The translations under genes and the position numbers were made by a program. From Candidatus Thorarchaeota archaeon (GTDB lineage: Archaea > Asgardarchaeota > Thorarchaeia > Thorarchaeales > Thorarchaeaceae), in NCBI GenBank assembly GCA_018335335.1, contig JAGXKG010000001.1, forward strand, positions 169,801 through 233,800: a stretch of DNA of 64,000 nt. Direction: 5' to 3'. Of the stretch, positions 28,889-39,149 are shown in pieces. The number at the start of each line of letters is the position of its first letter. Position 1 is the first letter of the stretch. The notes beneath the pieces are model-generated. The model worked only from the letters and a program-made list of their open reading frames with translations, had not been told where the DNA came from and searched no databases.

Positions 28889-29296
28889 TCACCTGTATGA
28901 TTTCTGATACCTGCTCCGAGCTGATGGGCCACCAAACTTCTTTGGTTCAGTTCGTCGAGGATCGCCTACAATCATTGTTCTGTCATGTTCGATCATCCGA
29001 GAACGAGCTTCAAAATTCTGGCTCATTCGTACAAGTCCGGTGGCAATAGCCATCCGTACAGCATCGGCCTGACCCATGAAGCCACCCCCACTAACACGTA
29101 CCCGGATATCATAATCTCTCCAACCATCGCCGAACAGAAGCAATGGTTCCATCATCCTAAGCCTAGCAACTTCTGGCTCGTAGATAGGCAAAGGGTACCC
29201 ATTGATTCGGATTCTGCCTTTACCATCTTTGACTGTTGCTTTTGCAATAGCTGTTTTCCGCTTACCAGCAGTAACAACAACGCGCATTCTATGCAA
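28889..29296 (-). CDS. rps9: 30S ribosomal protein S9 (uS9)
   Basis: C-terminal ..[23 protein letters not shown] is the uS9 tail. Confidence 0.8.
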   Translation of the reverse strand: MHRMRVVVTAGKRKTAIAKATVKDGKGRIRINGYPLPIYEPEVARLRMMEPLLLFGDGWRDYDIRVRVSGGGFMGQADAVRMAIATGLVRMSQNFEARSRMIEHDRTMIVGDPRRTEPKKFGGPSARSRYQKSYR

Positions 29297-29741
29297 CCTC
29301 CATCTTATGCCAGCCTAATTCCTGACTCAAATCTGCAACCGTTATATATCGTCTTCTGAGGCTGTCATAGCGTGAGCTTTCCAGTACAATCTTCTCCTTG
29401 TCTTCGTATTTTCGTGGTACGCCAATGTACACTTTGATACGTTTGAATGCTTGCTTTCCTCGTGGCTTTGGCCATGGAAGCATACCACGAATAACCCTTC
29501 GTACCAATTTGTCGGGTCGTCGATGGTGAAATGGACCTCTTCTTGGATTATATGAGGTTTTGATTTCATGTTTCTCCTTGAAAGATCGAATAACAGATTC
29601 TCTATTTCCTGTTATTATTGCTTTCTCGGCATTCACAATAACTATCTCATCTCCCATCAAAGCAGATTTTGCAACCTTCGAAGCTAATCTCCCGACGACC
29701 ATATGATCCGCGTCGTAAATTTTGGCTGAATTCATAATCAT
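29289..29741 (-). CDS. rpl13: 50S ribosomal protein L13 (uL13)
   Basis: HMVVGRLASKVAKSALMGDEIVIVNAEKAIITG matches the uL13 N-terminal consensus. Confidence 0.8.
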   Translation of the reverse strand: MIMNSAKIYDADHMVVGRLASKVAKSALMGDEIVIVNAEKAIITGNRESVIRSFKEKHEIKTSYNPRRGPFHHRRPDKLVRRVIRGMLPWPKPRGKQAFKRIKVYIGVPRKYEDKEKIVLESSRYDSLRRRYITVADLSQELGWHKMEVA

Positions 29742-29748
29742 TAACCTC

Positions 29749-30111
29749 CTATGTCAATACAATAATGTCGGACCCGTTCGGATTTTTCTCCAGCAGCTCT
29801 TGAATTGTAATGAGTGATGCTCCTGCCCCCAGTATAAGGGATGCAGCACTCTTTGAAGTATTGAGAGCCGCTATGGTTACCTTGTGACGGAGTACGCCAG
29901 AGCCTAAAACCTTGCCCGGGATAACGACGGTATCGCCTTCTTCGGTATGACGGTTTATTTTGCCAACATTGACCACTGGACGTTTTCTTGCCGGGCGAGA
30001 TACTAATTCCGCTACTCTACTCCATATCCCGACATCATGCTTTGTCGAAGTCTTCTTCAGTGAATTGATGAGTGCACGTGTGTTTGGATTACTCGGTCCT
30101 GTTCTTACCAT
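29749..30111 (-). CDS. rpl18e: 50S ribosomal protein L18e (eL18)
   Basis: MVRTGPSNPNTRALI..VNVGKINRHTEEGDTVVIPGKVLG matches eL18. Start chosen at MVRTGP. Confidence 0.7.
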   Translation of the reverse strand: MVRTGPSNPNTRALINSLKKTSTKHDVGIWSRVAELVSRPARKRPVVNVGKINRHTEEGDTVVIPGKVLGSGVLRHKVTIAALNTSKSAASLILGAGASLITIQELLEKNPNGSDIIVLT

Positions 30112-30122
30112 AAATAATCGCC

Positions 30123-30923
30123 TCACAATGAATTGGCGTAGTCAAGAGCAACACCTATTCTCTCTTTCATTATATCAGTCGCAACTTCGATAATCTTCTC
30201 GGGCGGTAGAGCGCCCGATGACTCAACCGTAAAGAGAAAGCTGCCGCTTTTCGATTCAATTCGTATTGCATCAGGTTCACAGACCTTCATGCAAGCTTCA
30301 CAAAGACTGCATTCAAGTGTATTCTGCGTGGTAATTGTATCATCTTCAATGACAAGAATGTCCTTTGGACAAATATCTACGCAATCTCCACACATTTCAC
30401 ACTTCGATTTGTCAACACTGACTACAGGAACGTATTTGTACGCAACCGTAGCAACAGGTTGGAATTTCGCATTTTCTTGACCTGTACCAAGCCTTGCATA
30501 AGCTTCAATAATCAGCCGTTGATTTGGTGCAATCTTCACAAGCGGGATATCATCTGATGCAGGAACCACTTCTGGATCCTGAGAAGAAAGATCACCAGAA
30601 TAGACCATTGTCTTTTCGTCAATAGCTTCTTTCTCAAGAGTTAACGTACATTGACAAAGACTACAACCCTTCCCTTCACAATCACATTCCTCAGGAAGAT
30701 TATAGGCCTCCAAGTCCGTAGCCAAGGGTATAAGTCCTAAACGATGCGCAAGCATCTCATCATACATCACACTTGTATTTTCGAGAATAAGCACCTCGTC
30801 TATCGCCATGGCTGGGACTCTCATAAGCATGGTTCGCCGTACCGCGTTAGCGAATGCAGCACTTATACCTTCGAGTAGGAACTGAATCTTATCCGGCTGC
30901 TTGTCGATTATCGTGAGTTCCAT
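30123..30923 (-). CDS. rpoD: DNA-directed RNA polymerase subunit D (Rpb3 homologue) with ferredoxin-like Cys-rich insert
   Basis: FANAVRRTMLMRVPAMAIDEV is the Rpb3/AC40 signature. Cys clusters CDCEGKGCSLCQC and CEMCGDCVDICP. Confidence 0.8.
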   Translation of the reverse strand: MELTIIDKQPDKIQFLLEGISAAFANAVRRTMLMRVPAMAIDEVLILENTSVMYDEMLAHRLGLIPLATDLEAYNLPEECDCEGKGCSLCQCTLTLEKEAIDEKTMVYSGDLSSQDPEVVPASDDIPLVKIAPNQRLIIEAYARLGTGQENAKFQPVATVAYKYVPVVSVDKSKCEMCGDCVDICPKDILVIEDDTITTQNTLECSLCEACMKVCEPDAIRIESKSGSFLFTVESSGALPPEKIIEVATDIMKERIGVALDYANSL

Positions 30924-31105
30924 TATTACACCTTGCCGTGGTGAAATTGTTACCCAAAAGACAACATCCCGGACGGACTCGCCGTAGTTCTTGAATGATG
31001 AAACGGCTCACTCGCCCGTGTCCTGGGTAATGTTGCCTCGAATTGAGATGTATAAAAGGCTTGTCCTAAGGCGAATTGAGGAATAGCCAGATATTGTTTC
31101 TACGG

Positions 31106-31603
31106 TCATGCAGCTATTTTTACCATACCTTGAAGACCCTTGACTAACAATTTGTAACCGTGTAATCTCTGCTTAGGATCAATTGCTACCATCCCATAAG
31201 TAGGAACATCAAGCAAATCCTGCACAGATTCTGGACGCATGGCATCTGGAAGATCCTGTTTGTTTGCAATTGCTATGACCTGTTTGTCGCCGAGTAAATT
31301 GCTGTATTTGTGCAGCAGCTGCCTAGTTTTCAGTACTGCTTTGGGGTTACTCTCCGTGACGACGACAACCATTTCACTACCTTGCATAAAATCCGGCCAC
31401 ATGAATTCGAAATGCTTCTGACCGCCCATTTCTACTAGGGTTACTTTTGTAGTACTATCAAGAGTTATTGTGCCACAGTCCATGCCCGCTGTTGGTTTGT
31501 AGTTAGAGTCCAATTTCTGGGAATTATTATCGGTAAGAAGCCGAATGAGAGTTGATTTACCCGCATACCCGGGCCCCATGAGGGCGACTTTAACGTACTT
31601 CAT
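31106..31603 (-). CDS. Small GTPase, Arf/Arl-like flavour
   Basis: P-loop GPGYAGKST, switch-I Thr region KPTAGMDCGTI, G3 as EMGGQ followed by a Trp 7 residues later (the Arf-family DVGGQ...W pattern), and G4 NKQD. Size 165 aa. Confidence 0.55.
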   Translation of the reverse strand: MKYVKVALMGPGYAGKSTLIRLLTDNNSQKLDSNYKPTAGMDCGTITLDSTTKVTLVEMGGQKHFEFMWPDFMQGSEMVVVVTESNPKAVLKTRQLLHKYSNLLGDKQVIAIANKQDLPDAMRPESVQDLLDVPTYGMVAIDPKQRLHGYKLLVKGLQGMVKIAA

Positions 31604-31802
31604 ATCTCTCTCTCGTATCTTCCATGTCCGGCTGCAAGCATATCAGCTGATGTGTTTCAGAGATAACACTAACCTGTAATTGGATAGGTCGTCATTGGCC
31701 GGTACTTAAAAATAGTGGAAGGGCAGGTTGTGGATACTGGAATTCGCGCGCCATAGAAGAGCTTAACAAGCAGATACAAGTCTGAAAGCAGGAGCAGATA
31801 TC

Positions 31803-32798
31803 ATGTCACCTATAGTGCCCAAGAAGGTCATAATTGCAAAAGGGGCCCTAGAGAGTTTAGGTGACATCCTTAGCGATTATGAACATCCAATTGTGGCCAC
31901 AGACCAGCACATTTTCACGCATTACCAAGACCAATTGTTGAATCACACAACCAAGGATATTGTTTGGCAATTAGCGAGAGATTATCATGCGGGAAAACAG
32001 AAAAATCTGACCGGTCATGATATTATCATTGGATTTGGCGGTGGAAGGAGTATCGATGTGGCCAAACTTATGGCCAAGGATAGCGGTCTTGAGTGGATAT
32101 CGGTGCCAACTGCTGCTTCACACGATGGGATTGCAAGCAATGTAGCATCGATTGTACAAAACGGATATCGATACTCGAAAAAATGTAAAGCTCCCAGTAT
32201 AATAGTGGCAGATATTTCAATTATAGATAAAGCACCCACAAAACTCAAGCGTGCGGGCTTAGGAGATATTGTCAGCAAATCTTCTAGTCTTCCGGAATGG
32301 AGGCTGGCAAGTGAAGAAGACATTGAAGACCTCGATGAAGAAATCTATATGATGGTCGACGAGGCGCTTCGATTAATTATGGAAAATGATGATACAGAGA
32401 GCTTGGTAAGAGCTGAAATAGAATGCGGTAAGGCAATGAGTATGTTCGGTAGTTCAAGACCATGCTCGGGAACAGAACATGCAATTTCTCATGCAATGGA
32501 CAGACGAAATCATACGCTGCATGGACTCCAAGTAGCATTTGCAACTCCCTTGAGTGTCCATTTTCTTGAGAGAACAGGATACACCACATACAATGCTGTG
32601 CGAGTACAACAGTTTTTGACAGGAAATGGCCTTCCTTCTACGCTTGAAGAGATGGATCTGAATATGGCCCTTCTTCTTGATGATATTGATCATGCACTTC
32701 GAATTATGAAGAAGCGAGGACGATATTCGATATTAGAGCACTTAAATATACAAAATACGGATATTCGAAATGCATTGAATGAGTTAGGATACTGCTAG
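31803..32798 (+). CDS. egsA: Glycerol-1-phosphate dehydrogenase [NAD(P)+], archaeal lipid backbone enzyme
   Basis: Fe-ADH-like fold with the G1PDH signatures IIGFGGGRSIDVAK and VPTAASHDGIASN. Size 331 aa. Confidence 0.75.
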   Translation: MSPIVPKKVIIAKGALESLGDILSDYEHPIVATDQHIFTHYQDQLLNHTTKDIVWQLARDYHAGKQKNLTGHDIIIGFGGGRSIDVAKLMAKDSGLEWISVPTAASHDGIASNVASIVQNGYRYSKKCKAPSIIVADISIIDKAPTKLKRAGLGDIVSKSSSLPEWRLASEEDIEDLDEEIYMMVDEALRLIMENDDTESLVRAEIECGKAMSMFGSSRPCSGTEHAISHAMDRRNHTLHGLQVAFATPLSVHFLERTGYTTYNAVRVQQFLTGNGLPSTLEEMDLNMALLLDDIDHALRIMKKRGRYSILEHLNIQNTDIRNALNELGYC

Positions 32799-32903
32799 CT
32801 GTCATGCTTCGACACTTTTAAAAGAAGTTGGCAGCAGGCCCATTAGAAGCCACCTGTTACTAAGCACGCACAGCCAATGAAGTGAAAACAGAGGTAGCGA
32901 ATA

Positions 32904-33275
32904 ATGCCAAAACCAAGTTTTGTCGAATGGGAAGCAACTGAAGAGATTCAAAAGAGAGCACTAGAAGCTCTAGAGATAGCTAGAGAAACGGGTCGAATAA
33001 AGAAAGGTGTCAACGAGACTACCAAGACTGTGGAACGGGCAATAGCCAAGCTGGTTCTAATTGCCGAAGATGTAGATCCGCCAGAAATCATCATGTTTCT
33101 GCCTGGACTCTGTGATGACAAGAAAGTGCCATATATATTTGTCAATAGCAAGAATAATCTCGGCGAAGCAGCCGGCATCGAAAGGCCAACTTCCGCTGCG
33201 TCGATTCTTGTTGAAGGAAAAGCAAAGGATTTAGTATCCGACGTTGTGGATAAAATAGAAGCGCTCCGCAAATAG
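32904..33275 (+). CDS. rpl7ae: 50S ribosomal protein L7Ae (eL8)
   Basis: IKKGVNETTKTVERAIAKLVLIAEDVDPPEI...VPYIFVNSKNNLGEAAGI matches L7Ae. Confidence 0.85.
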   Translation: MPKPSFVEWEATEEIQKRALEALEIARETGRIKKGVNETTKTVERAIAKLVLIAEDVDPPEIIMFLPGLCDDKKVPYIFVNSKNNLGEAAGIERPTSAASILVEGKAKDLVSDVVDKIEALRK

Positions 33276-33302
33276 GATAGTTATTTCGGGTGATGAGTTC
33301 AA

Positions 33303-33530
33303 ATGAGTAAAGATAATGACAGCAGCAGTCCAGCCATACCGGCTGAAGTCATACAGCTACTGGGACGGACAGGAGTCACCGGAGAAATAACTCAAGTTCG
33401 TGTAAAAATACTTGAGGGGCGCGACAAGGGACGAGTATTGACACGGAACGTTAAAGGACCTGTTAGACAAGGAGATATACTTATTCTTCGAGAGACAGAG
33501 CGTGAAGCTCGCAAGATGAGGGGGCGTTGA
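33303..33530 (+). CDS. rps28e: 30S ribosomal protein S28e
   Basis: [49 protein letters not shown] matches the eS28 consensus. Confidence 0.85.
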   Translation: MSKDNDSSSPAIPAEVIQLLGRTGVTGEITQVRVKILEGRDKGRVLTRNVKGPVRQGDILILRETEREARKMRGR

Positions 33531-33733
33531 GCTTGGTCGGTACCAAGAAATGCGTTTTTTGCGGAGAAGACATTGAGCCTGGAACAGGATCCGCATACGT
33601 TAGAACAAAGGATGGGGCCCTTCTCTGGTTTTGTTCAAAGAAATGTAAGGTAAGCATGCTGAAGAAGGGTATGAAACCAAGAGTAACAAAGTGGACTAAT
33701 GAATTTGAAAAAGGTAAAAAACCAGAGGAGTGA
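33527..33733 (+). CDS. rpl24e: 50S ribosomal protein L24e
   Basis: [34 protein letters not shown] matches the L24e zinc ribbon. ATGA overlap with rps28e. Confidence 0.85.
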   Translation: MSLVGTKKCVFCGEDIEPGTGSAYVRTKDGALLWFCSKKCKVSMLKKGMKPRVTKWTNEFEKGKKPEE

Positions 33734-33749
33734 CGACTGTCACTCCATC

Positions 33750-34406
33750 TTATCCTTCTACTTCCTCAAGTACGAAATCGTGTATAGTAGAGCTTAGATT
33801 TTGAATATCGTTTTCAGCGATATCTTTGGCGTCTTTCTTCAAAATGTGTTCAATGACTTTTTTGATTTCGTCTGATGTAGATTCGTTTTCAATTGCTTTC
33901 TTGACCACATTTCGCAGCTCTGTTGTATGCTCATCCAGAGACACGTATTTTTCGATGTAATCTCGAGCTTTCTCATAAGCCTCTGCCGATTCTGTCAATC
34001 CACCCTGTTTTTTCCATAGCTTGATTTCCTTCTCTGCTGTTTTCGGACTGTCAGAAGCATGAGCCAAATTGATTCCAGCCCAGATTCCATATTTTCCTCG
34101 CAAGCTATGTGAATCAGCTTCTTGTACAAAGGTAGCCCCAAGCTCATTCCGAATGCCCTGAATTGCATCATCACCTTCAACAATCATGGCCAAAATGGGC
34201 GCTGATGTAATGAAATCAACAAGCCAAGGAAAGAATGGTTTCTCACTATGAACATCGTAATGGGCCTCTGCCAAAGATTCGGGGACTTTCATCTCCTTGA
34301 ATGCTTTGATTTTGTACCCTTTATCCAGTAATCTCTCAAGTACAGCAGCACCAGTAGCCCGCCTTACAGTTCCATCCGGTTTGATTAGTACTAACGATTG
34401 TTGCAT
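33750..34406 (-). CDS. ndk: Nucleoside diphosphate kinase with an ~80-aa acidic helical C-terminal extension
   Basis: LVLIKPDGTVRR, active-site region NLAHASDS (N-x-x-H-[GA]-S-D) and the NDK C-terminus EKEIKLW. These are followed by an extra ..TESAEAYEKARDYIEKYVSLDEHTTELRNVVKKAIENESTSDEIKK..LEEVEG. Start placed at MQQSLVL; the long 34565 start would overlap infB. Confidence 0.7.
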   Translation of the reverse strand: MQQSLVLIKPDGTVRRATGAAVLERLLDKGYKIKAFKEMKVPESLAEAHYDVHSEKPFFPWLVDFITSAPILAMIVEGDDAIQGIRNELGATFVQEADSHSLRGKYGIWAGINLAHASDSPKTAEKEIKLWKKQGGLTESAEAYEKARDYIEKYVSLDEHTTELRNVVKKAIENESTSDEIKKVIEHILKKDAKDIAENDIQNLSSTIHDFVLEEVEG

Positions 34407-34549
34407 ATTGACTTTCAATCCTGACCTTGGATACTTGACAGCGACAAGCATAGTATATTTTAGGGTTATGACTCGCACATTATCTAATATCAACTCACGA
34501 GTAACGACAATTTCATAAAGTAAGCAGTAGAGCCTTTCTCTAGCTAGTT

Positions 34550-36346
34550 GTGAGGTGCTCATCAATGTCAGAGAATGCTAGATTACGGAGCCCCATAGTT
34601 ACCCTACTAGGGCACATAGATCACGGAAAGACGTCACTTTTGGACAAGATGCGGGGGACAGCAGTGCAGAGCAGGGAAGCTGCGGGGATTACGCAGCACA
34701 TTGGTGCATCATTTTTCCCTACAAAAACCATTGAGAAAGTCTGTGGGAATTTACTGCAGAGTCTAGAGAAACGCCTCACAATTGACGGCCTGCTTTTTAT
34801 TGACACCCCAGGTCACGAAGCGTATCTCAATCTGCGAAGAAGGGGAGGGGCAATAGCAGATATTGCAATTCTCGTTATCGATATAACAGAAGGTCCCTTA
34901 ACGCAGACCTATGAATCAATCAGAATCCTCCGCTCCGGAAAAACGCCATTCTTGGTAGCAGCAAATAAACTAGACAAGATACCAGGATGGGAACCAAAGC
35001 CGGGTATGAGCCTCTTGCAGGCAATTAAATCACAGAGGAAAGCGACACAATCACAGATCGATAGGCAAATCTATGAAATAGTTGGTGCGCTTTCTGCGAA
35101 TGATATACTTTCGGAACGGTTTGATCGAGTGAAGAATTTCCAGAAGAACATCGCGATTGTACCTACCAGCGCAGAAACTGGAGAGGGGATTCCTGAACTG
35201 CTTATGGTCCTAGCAGGATTGACGCAACAGTATTTGAAAGACCGCCTACGAGTAACCGAGGGTCCTGCAAAAGGAGCTATATTAGAAGTACGGGAAGAAA
35301 CAGGCCTAGGTTTAACCCTTGATACGATAATATATGATGGTGTATTGAGGGATTCTGATACAGTAGTAGTCGGAGGCCTTGAAGACGTAATGGTTGCTAA
35401 GATTAGAGCACTCTTACAACCAAGGGAACTGGATGAAATCCGAGATCCTAAAGAGAAGTTCGCTCATGTATCAGAAGTACATGCTGCAGCAGGTGTGAAA
35501 ATTGTAGCTCCTGATGTGGAAAAAGCGGTAGCTGGTGCGCCAGTCTACGGTGTTCAAGACAAAGAAAGCATTGAGGAACTCAAAAAGAAAGTGCGTGAAG
35601 AGATAGGTGAAATAAGGATTAAAACCGACAAGTCTGGAATAGTGCTCAAGGCTGACACTCTTGGTTCATTGGAAGCTGTGACCCAATATCTTCAGGAACG
35701 CAAAACATCTGTTAGGATAGCTGATGTTGGACCTATAGTCAAACGAGATGTGATAGAAGCAAGAGCAGCTGGTGAAAAGAATCCATTGAATGCGGTGATT
35801 CTCGGATTCAATGTTGACTTCGCACCAGGAATAGAGGACTTGGCTGCTGAGTATGGAGTTGAAGTATTCAGAAATAATGTAATTTATCGCTTGTATGACG
35901 AATACAATGCATGGACTGTCTTGAAGGAAGAACAAGCCAAGGCGGAATCATTAGAGGCCATTATCAGACCCGCCAAACTTGAGTTGATGCCCGACTATGT
36001 TTTCAGAATGAGCAATCCAGCCATTGTGGGTGTAACAGTACATGGATTGCTTAGACCCAAGGTTGGATTGATCGATGAAGAAGGTAACCGTGTAGGAAAG
36101 GTCCTTCAAATACAAGACCGAAGTGTTACCATAGATGAAGCCACCGATGGAATGGAAGTTGCCGTTTCCATCCGAGGACCAACAATCGGCCGCCAAGTCA
36201 AAAAGGACGATGTGATCTATACTGATGTGCCTATCAAGCACATATACGCCATAATGAAGGACTTCCGCGAGGATTTGCACCCCTCCGAAATAGAAGTGCT
36301 GAAGGAAATAATCAAAGTCAAGAGAGATGCTGGAGCTATTATCTAG
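34550..36346 (+). CDS. infB: Translation initiation factor aIF5B (IF-2 homologue)
   Basis: G domain (VTLLGHIDHGKTSLLDK, DTPGHEAY, NKLD), no intein, 598 aa. The real start may be the Met at 34565. Confidence 0.85.
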   Translation: MRCSSMSENARLRSPIVTLLGHIDHGKTSLLDKMRGTAVQSREAAGITQHIGASFFPTKTIEKVCGNLLQSLEKRLTIDGLLFIDTPGHEAYLNLRRRGGAIADIAILVIDITEGPLTQTYESIRILRSGKTPFLVAANKLDKIPGWEPKPGMSLLQAIKSQRKATQSQIDRQIYEIVGALSANDILSERFDRVKNFQKNIAIVPTSAETGEGIPELLMVLAGLTQQYLKDRLRVTEGPAKGAILEVREETGLGLTLDTIIYDGVLRDSDTVVVGGLEDVMVAKIRALLQPRELDEIRDPKEKFAHVSEVHAAAGVKIVAPDVEKAVAGAPVYGVQDKESIEELKKKVREEIGEIRIKTDKSGIVLKADTLGSLEAVTQYLQERKTSVRIADVGPIVKRDVIEARAAGEKNPLNAVILGFNVDFAPGIEDLAAEYGVEVFRNNVIYRLYDEYNAWTVLKEEQAKAESLEAIIRPAKLELMPDYVFRMSNPAIVGVTVHGLLRPKVGLIDEEGNRVGKVLQIQDRSVTIDEATDGMEVAVSIRGPTIGRQVKKDDVIYTDVPIKHIYAIMKDFREDLHPSEIEVLKEIIKVKRDAGAII

Positions 36347-36384
36347 GAATACCTGAACCTTTTTAGGCAAATTCCGAGTAGCTG

Positions 36385-36715
36385 GGGATTGCAGTGGGTA
36401 GGGCAGGTCGTTAGCCGCGATCATGACCACAAGGCTATAGTGGTGCCAGTAACCCATGTATGAGGATGAACCCCGTTTCAGCTGACGTTCGTCGTGTGAC
36501 GTTGATGAGCAGTCTTCGGAGTCTGCAACGGACATATCATTGATCGTAGGATCGATGGGATTGTCTTAGACCCCCGAAACGGGTCAGGCCCTGGCGGGAA
36601 CAGCCCTAAGGGGGAGCGGTGGAGCCCCGGAGGTAGCTGCTTTGAGGAACGCGGCGAAAGGGTCATCTGCGACGGGACATCCGAAAGGTGGGAGCCACTG
36701 CACCTACTACAGTAT
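36385..36715 (+). ncRNA. ffs: Probable signal recognition particle RNA (7S RNA)
   Basis: A GC-rich ~330-nt non-coding stretch. It contains GGGTCAGGCCCTGGCGGGAACAGCCCTAAGG, closely resembling the conserved SRP RNA helix-8 motif GUCAGGUCCGGAAGGAAGCAGCC. 5' GCAGTGG.. is complementary to 3' ..CCACTGC. Ends are approximate. Confidence 0.45.
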
Positions 36716-37267
36716 AAGCCATGAATTAACAACTCCCTTCTCAATTTGTATCACAGGTAGAGAGTAATGTTTATGAGAAACACGATAAGCCAGACAAGAT
36801 GTACCACGGCTTCCATTACATGAATAAGCTGGGATCTCCTAGCCTGGTATGGAGCCAGCCTGCTACTTGCCATCGCACTAAGCAGGCGGGCTGATAGCTG
36901 GTGTGCCTAAGCACGCGGGGGTTCGAAAGGCCTTTACCTTCTGGTAGGCCCCGAATATCCCCCTCCCAGCGCCAAAATTTCGTTTCTCTACAGTGCCGTT
37001 CAAGAATAGGCAAGTTTTACAAAAATCCTAAGAAATCCGAGTGGAAGAGTGTAATTTCTGCAAGATTTCCTGCAAGTGCTAGCGTGACCGAGGGCCGTGG
37101 GCCACTCCCCCACGGGAGAAGCGCCTAGACCGTGGGGGCGGCGACGCTGGCAGGGGAAGAGTGGAACACAGAAGTTTCATGCAGTTGCTACAACTGTAAG
37201 AAACGGGTTATCAAGAATACTATCTTGACAATGTTAGCAATATACGAGAATAATAGGATAACATATC

Positions 37268-37666
37268 CTAGGAATATCTCACACGGAGTCTTGCACCACA
37301 TACAGGGCAGAGAACAACGTTCTGGCTAAGACGGGTTGCATTCGACAGTGGGAAAGACAACCCACAATCAGGGCAGGTTATGCTTGCTTCATTTTCCGGA
37401 GTAGCTTCAAAAACATCAGATGAGAAACGAGTGTCATCGGTAACGTCGTGTGTATTCTCCCCCCCAAAGTCAAAAAACTGCCAGAAACAATAACCAGCCA
37501 GTAAAACCATGAACAAAAGGATAGTTACAAGCAGAGCATACCGAGAAGGGACGAGATAAGAGAAGATAACGAGAAGAATGTTCAAAATCAGGAATGCAAA
37601 AAGGACAATCTGATTCCTCTTCGATTTCAACAGGTGTCTTATGCTCTTTTCCGACTTGTGATTCAT
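37268..37666 (-). CDS. Membrane protein with 2 TM helices and a C-terminal C4 zinc ribbon
   Basis: Basic N-terminus, helices IVLFAFLILNILLVIFSYLV / LLVTILLFMVLLAGYCFW, then CPDCG...CPVCG. It lies where rps10 normally follows tuf. Confidence 0.45.
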   Translation of the reverse strand: MNHKSEKSIRHLLKSKRNQIVLFAFLILNILLVIFSYLVPSRYALLVTILLFMVLLAGYCFWQFFDFGGENTHDVTDDTRFSSDVFEATPENEASITCPDCGLSFPLSNATRLSQNVVLCPVCGARLRVRYS

Positions 37667-37768
37667 ACTACTCGTTCTTTGAGCTCATAGTCTCCACCTA
37701 AGAATGTGACTACTCCAATGATGATCAAGCATGAAGAATAATACAAGTTTGAGAAATTGACTGAGAGG

Positions 37769-37803
37769 AAAAAATAGGGTGTGAACGCGGGCCTCGCGGC
37801 CCG
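37769..37803 (-). terminator. Hairpin plus oligo-T terminator-like element downstream of tuf
   Basis: On the minus strand, a CGGGCC-GCGA-GGCCCG hairpin is followed by CACACCCTATTTTTTCC. Confidence 0.35.
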
Positions 37804-37823
37804 GTTCTATAAACTACATGCTT

Positions 37824-39149
37824 CTAGCCTTTCTTCTCGGCAGGCAGCTTACGTGGCTCAACTTTTTGTACCACGCCTACTGCGACTGTCATGCCCATGT
37901 CACGCACAGCGAAACGTCCGAGCTGAGGAAGTTCCTTGTACGGCTCGATAACCATCGGTTTCAGTGGAACGAGCTTAGCAATCATCGATTCCCCTTTCTT
38001 TACGTAGTCAGGATTCTCTTCAGTGACTTGGCCGGAACGCTGGTCAAGCTTCTGTAGGAGTTCATCAAATCTGCAGGCAACCTGAGCAGTGTGGGTATGA
38101 ATAACTGGTGTATAGCCAACAGTAATTGCTGTTGGATGTTGGATAACCATGACCTGACCGGTATAGCTAGCAGCAACTGTAGGAGGCTCCTTTTCGGGCC
38201 CTGCTACGTCACCACGACCTAGGTCTCTCCGTTCCACACCGCGGACATTGAAACCAACGTTGTCACCTGGTTCTGCTTCATCTAGCATCTCATGATGCAT
38301 TTCAATCGATTTGACTTCACCGGTCTTGTTAGGTGGCATGAAAGTGACCTTGTCACCAGGTTTCATGACTCCAGTCTCGATACGTCCGACTGGGACAGTA
38401 CCAACACCCTTGATTGAGTACACATCGTTGATAGGTACTCGTAGGGGCAAGTCAATTGGCTTCTCAGGCAACTGTACTTGATCAAGTGCCTCAAGCAATG
38501 ACGGCCCTTCGTACCAAGGGGTGAGGTCTGGTGTGTTCTCCTTGAGATTGCAGGCGGATAAAGCAGAAGTCGGGATGAATTCAACATCGTCGGGTTTGTA
38601 TCCGATGCCCTTTAGGAAACCACCCACTTCTTCTTTAACCTCGTTGAATCGATCTTCACTATAGTCGACAGTCTCATCATCCATCTTGTTGACACATACG
38701 ATGATGTTAGGCACGCCCAAGGTCATCGCAAGGTAGGCATGCTCTTTTGTCTGTCCACCAGGACCGATACCCGCTTCGAATTCTCCGCGCTTAGCAGACA
38801 CAACCAGTAGTGCAAGGTCTGCCTGTGATGCACCAGTAATCATATTCTTGATGAAGTCCTTGTGACCAGGAGCATCAATAATAGTGTAATATAATCCACC
38901 AGGAGTTTCAAACTTGAAGAAGGCGATATCAATGGTTAGACCACGTTCGCGTTCCTCTTTCAGGCGGTCCAGCGCAAAGGCCCATGCCCAGCTAGGCCGC
39001 CCAAGTTCCTCCGCTTCTTTCTTGTGCGCCTGGAATGTACGCTCATCAACAGCGCCCGTTTCATACAACAGTCTCCCAACCATGGTTGATTTGCCGTGAT
39101 CAACGTGTCCTATGACAACCATGTTGAGATGCTCACTCTTTTTAGGCAA
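37824..39149 (-). CDS. tuf: Elongation factor 1-alpha
   Basis: [31 protein letters not shown] and the full three-domain length of 441 aa. Confidence 0.9.
   Translation of the reverse strand: MPKKSEHLNMVVIGHVDHGKSTMVGRLLYETGAVDERTFQAHKKEAEELGRPSWAWAFALDRLKEERERGLTIDIAFFKFETPGGLYYTIIDAPGHKDFIKNMITGASQADLALLVVSAKRGEFEAGIGPGGQTKEHAYLAMTLGVPNIIVCVNKMDDETVDYSEDRFNEVKEEVGGFLKGIGYKPDDVEFIPTSALSACNLKENTPDLTPWYEGPSLLEALDQVQLPEKPIDLPLRVPINDVYSIKGVGTVPVGRIETGVMKPGDKVTFMPPNKTGEVKSIEMHHEMLDEAEPGDNVGFNVRGVERRDLGRGDVAGPEKEPPTVAASYTGQVMVIQHPTAITVGYTPVIHTHTAQVACRFDELLQKLDQRSGQVTEENPDYVKKGESMIAKLVPLKPMVIEPYKELPQLGRFAVRDMGMTVAVGVVQKVEPRKLPAEKKG

Noticed and set aside
36478-36744. 88-aa minus-strand ORF
   Set aside because: It lies entirely inside the GC-rich region interpreted as SRP RNA. 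High GC suppresses stops, and there is no protein-like pattern.
36780-37270. Possible RNase P RNA
   Set aside because: I could not find the P4 strands (GGAAAGUCCGGGC / ACAGAAnCCGGCUUA) or other universal RNase P motifs on either strand. Left as an unexplained structured region.
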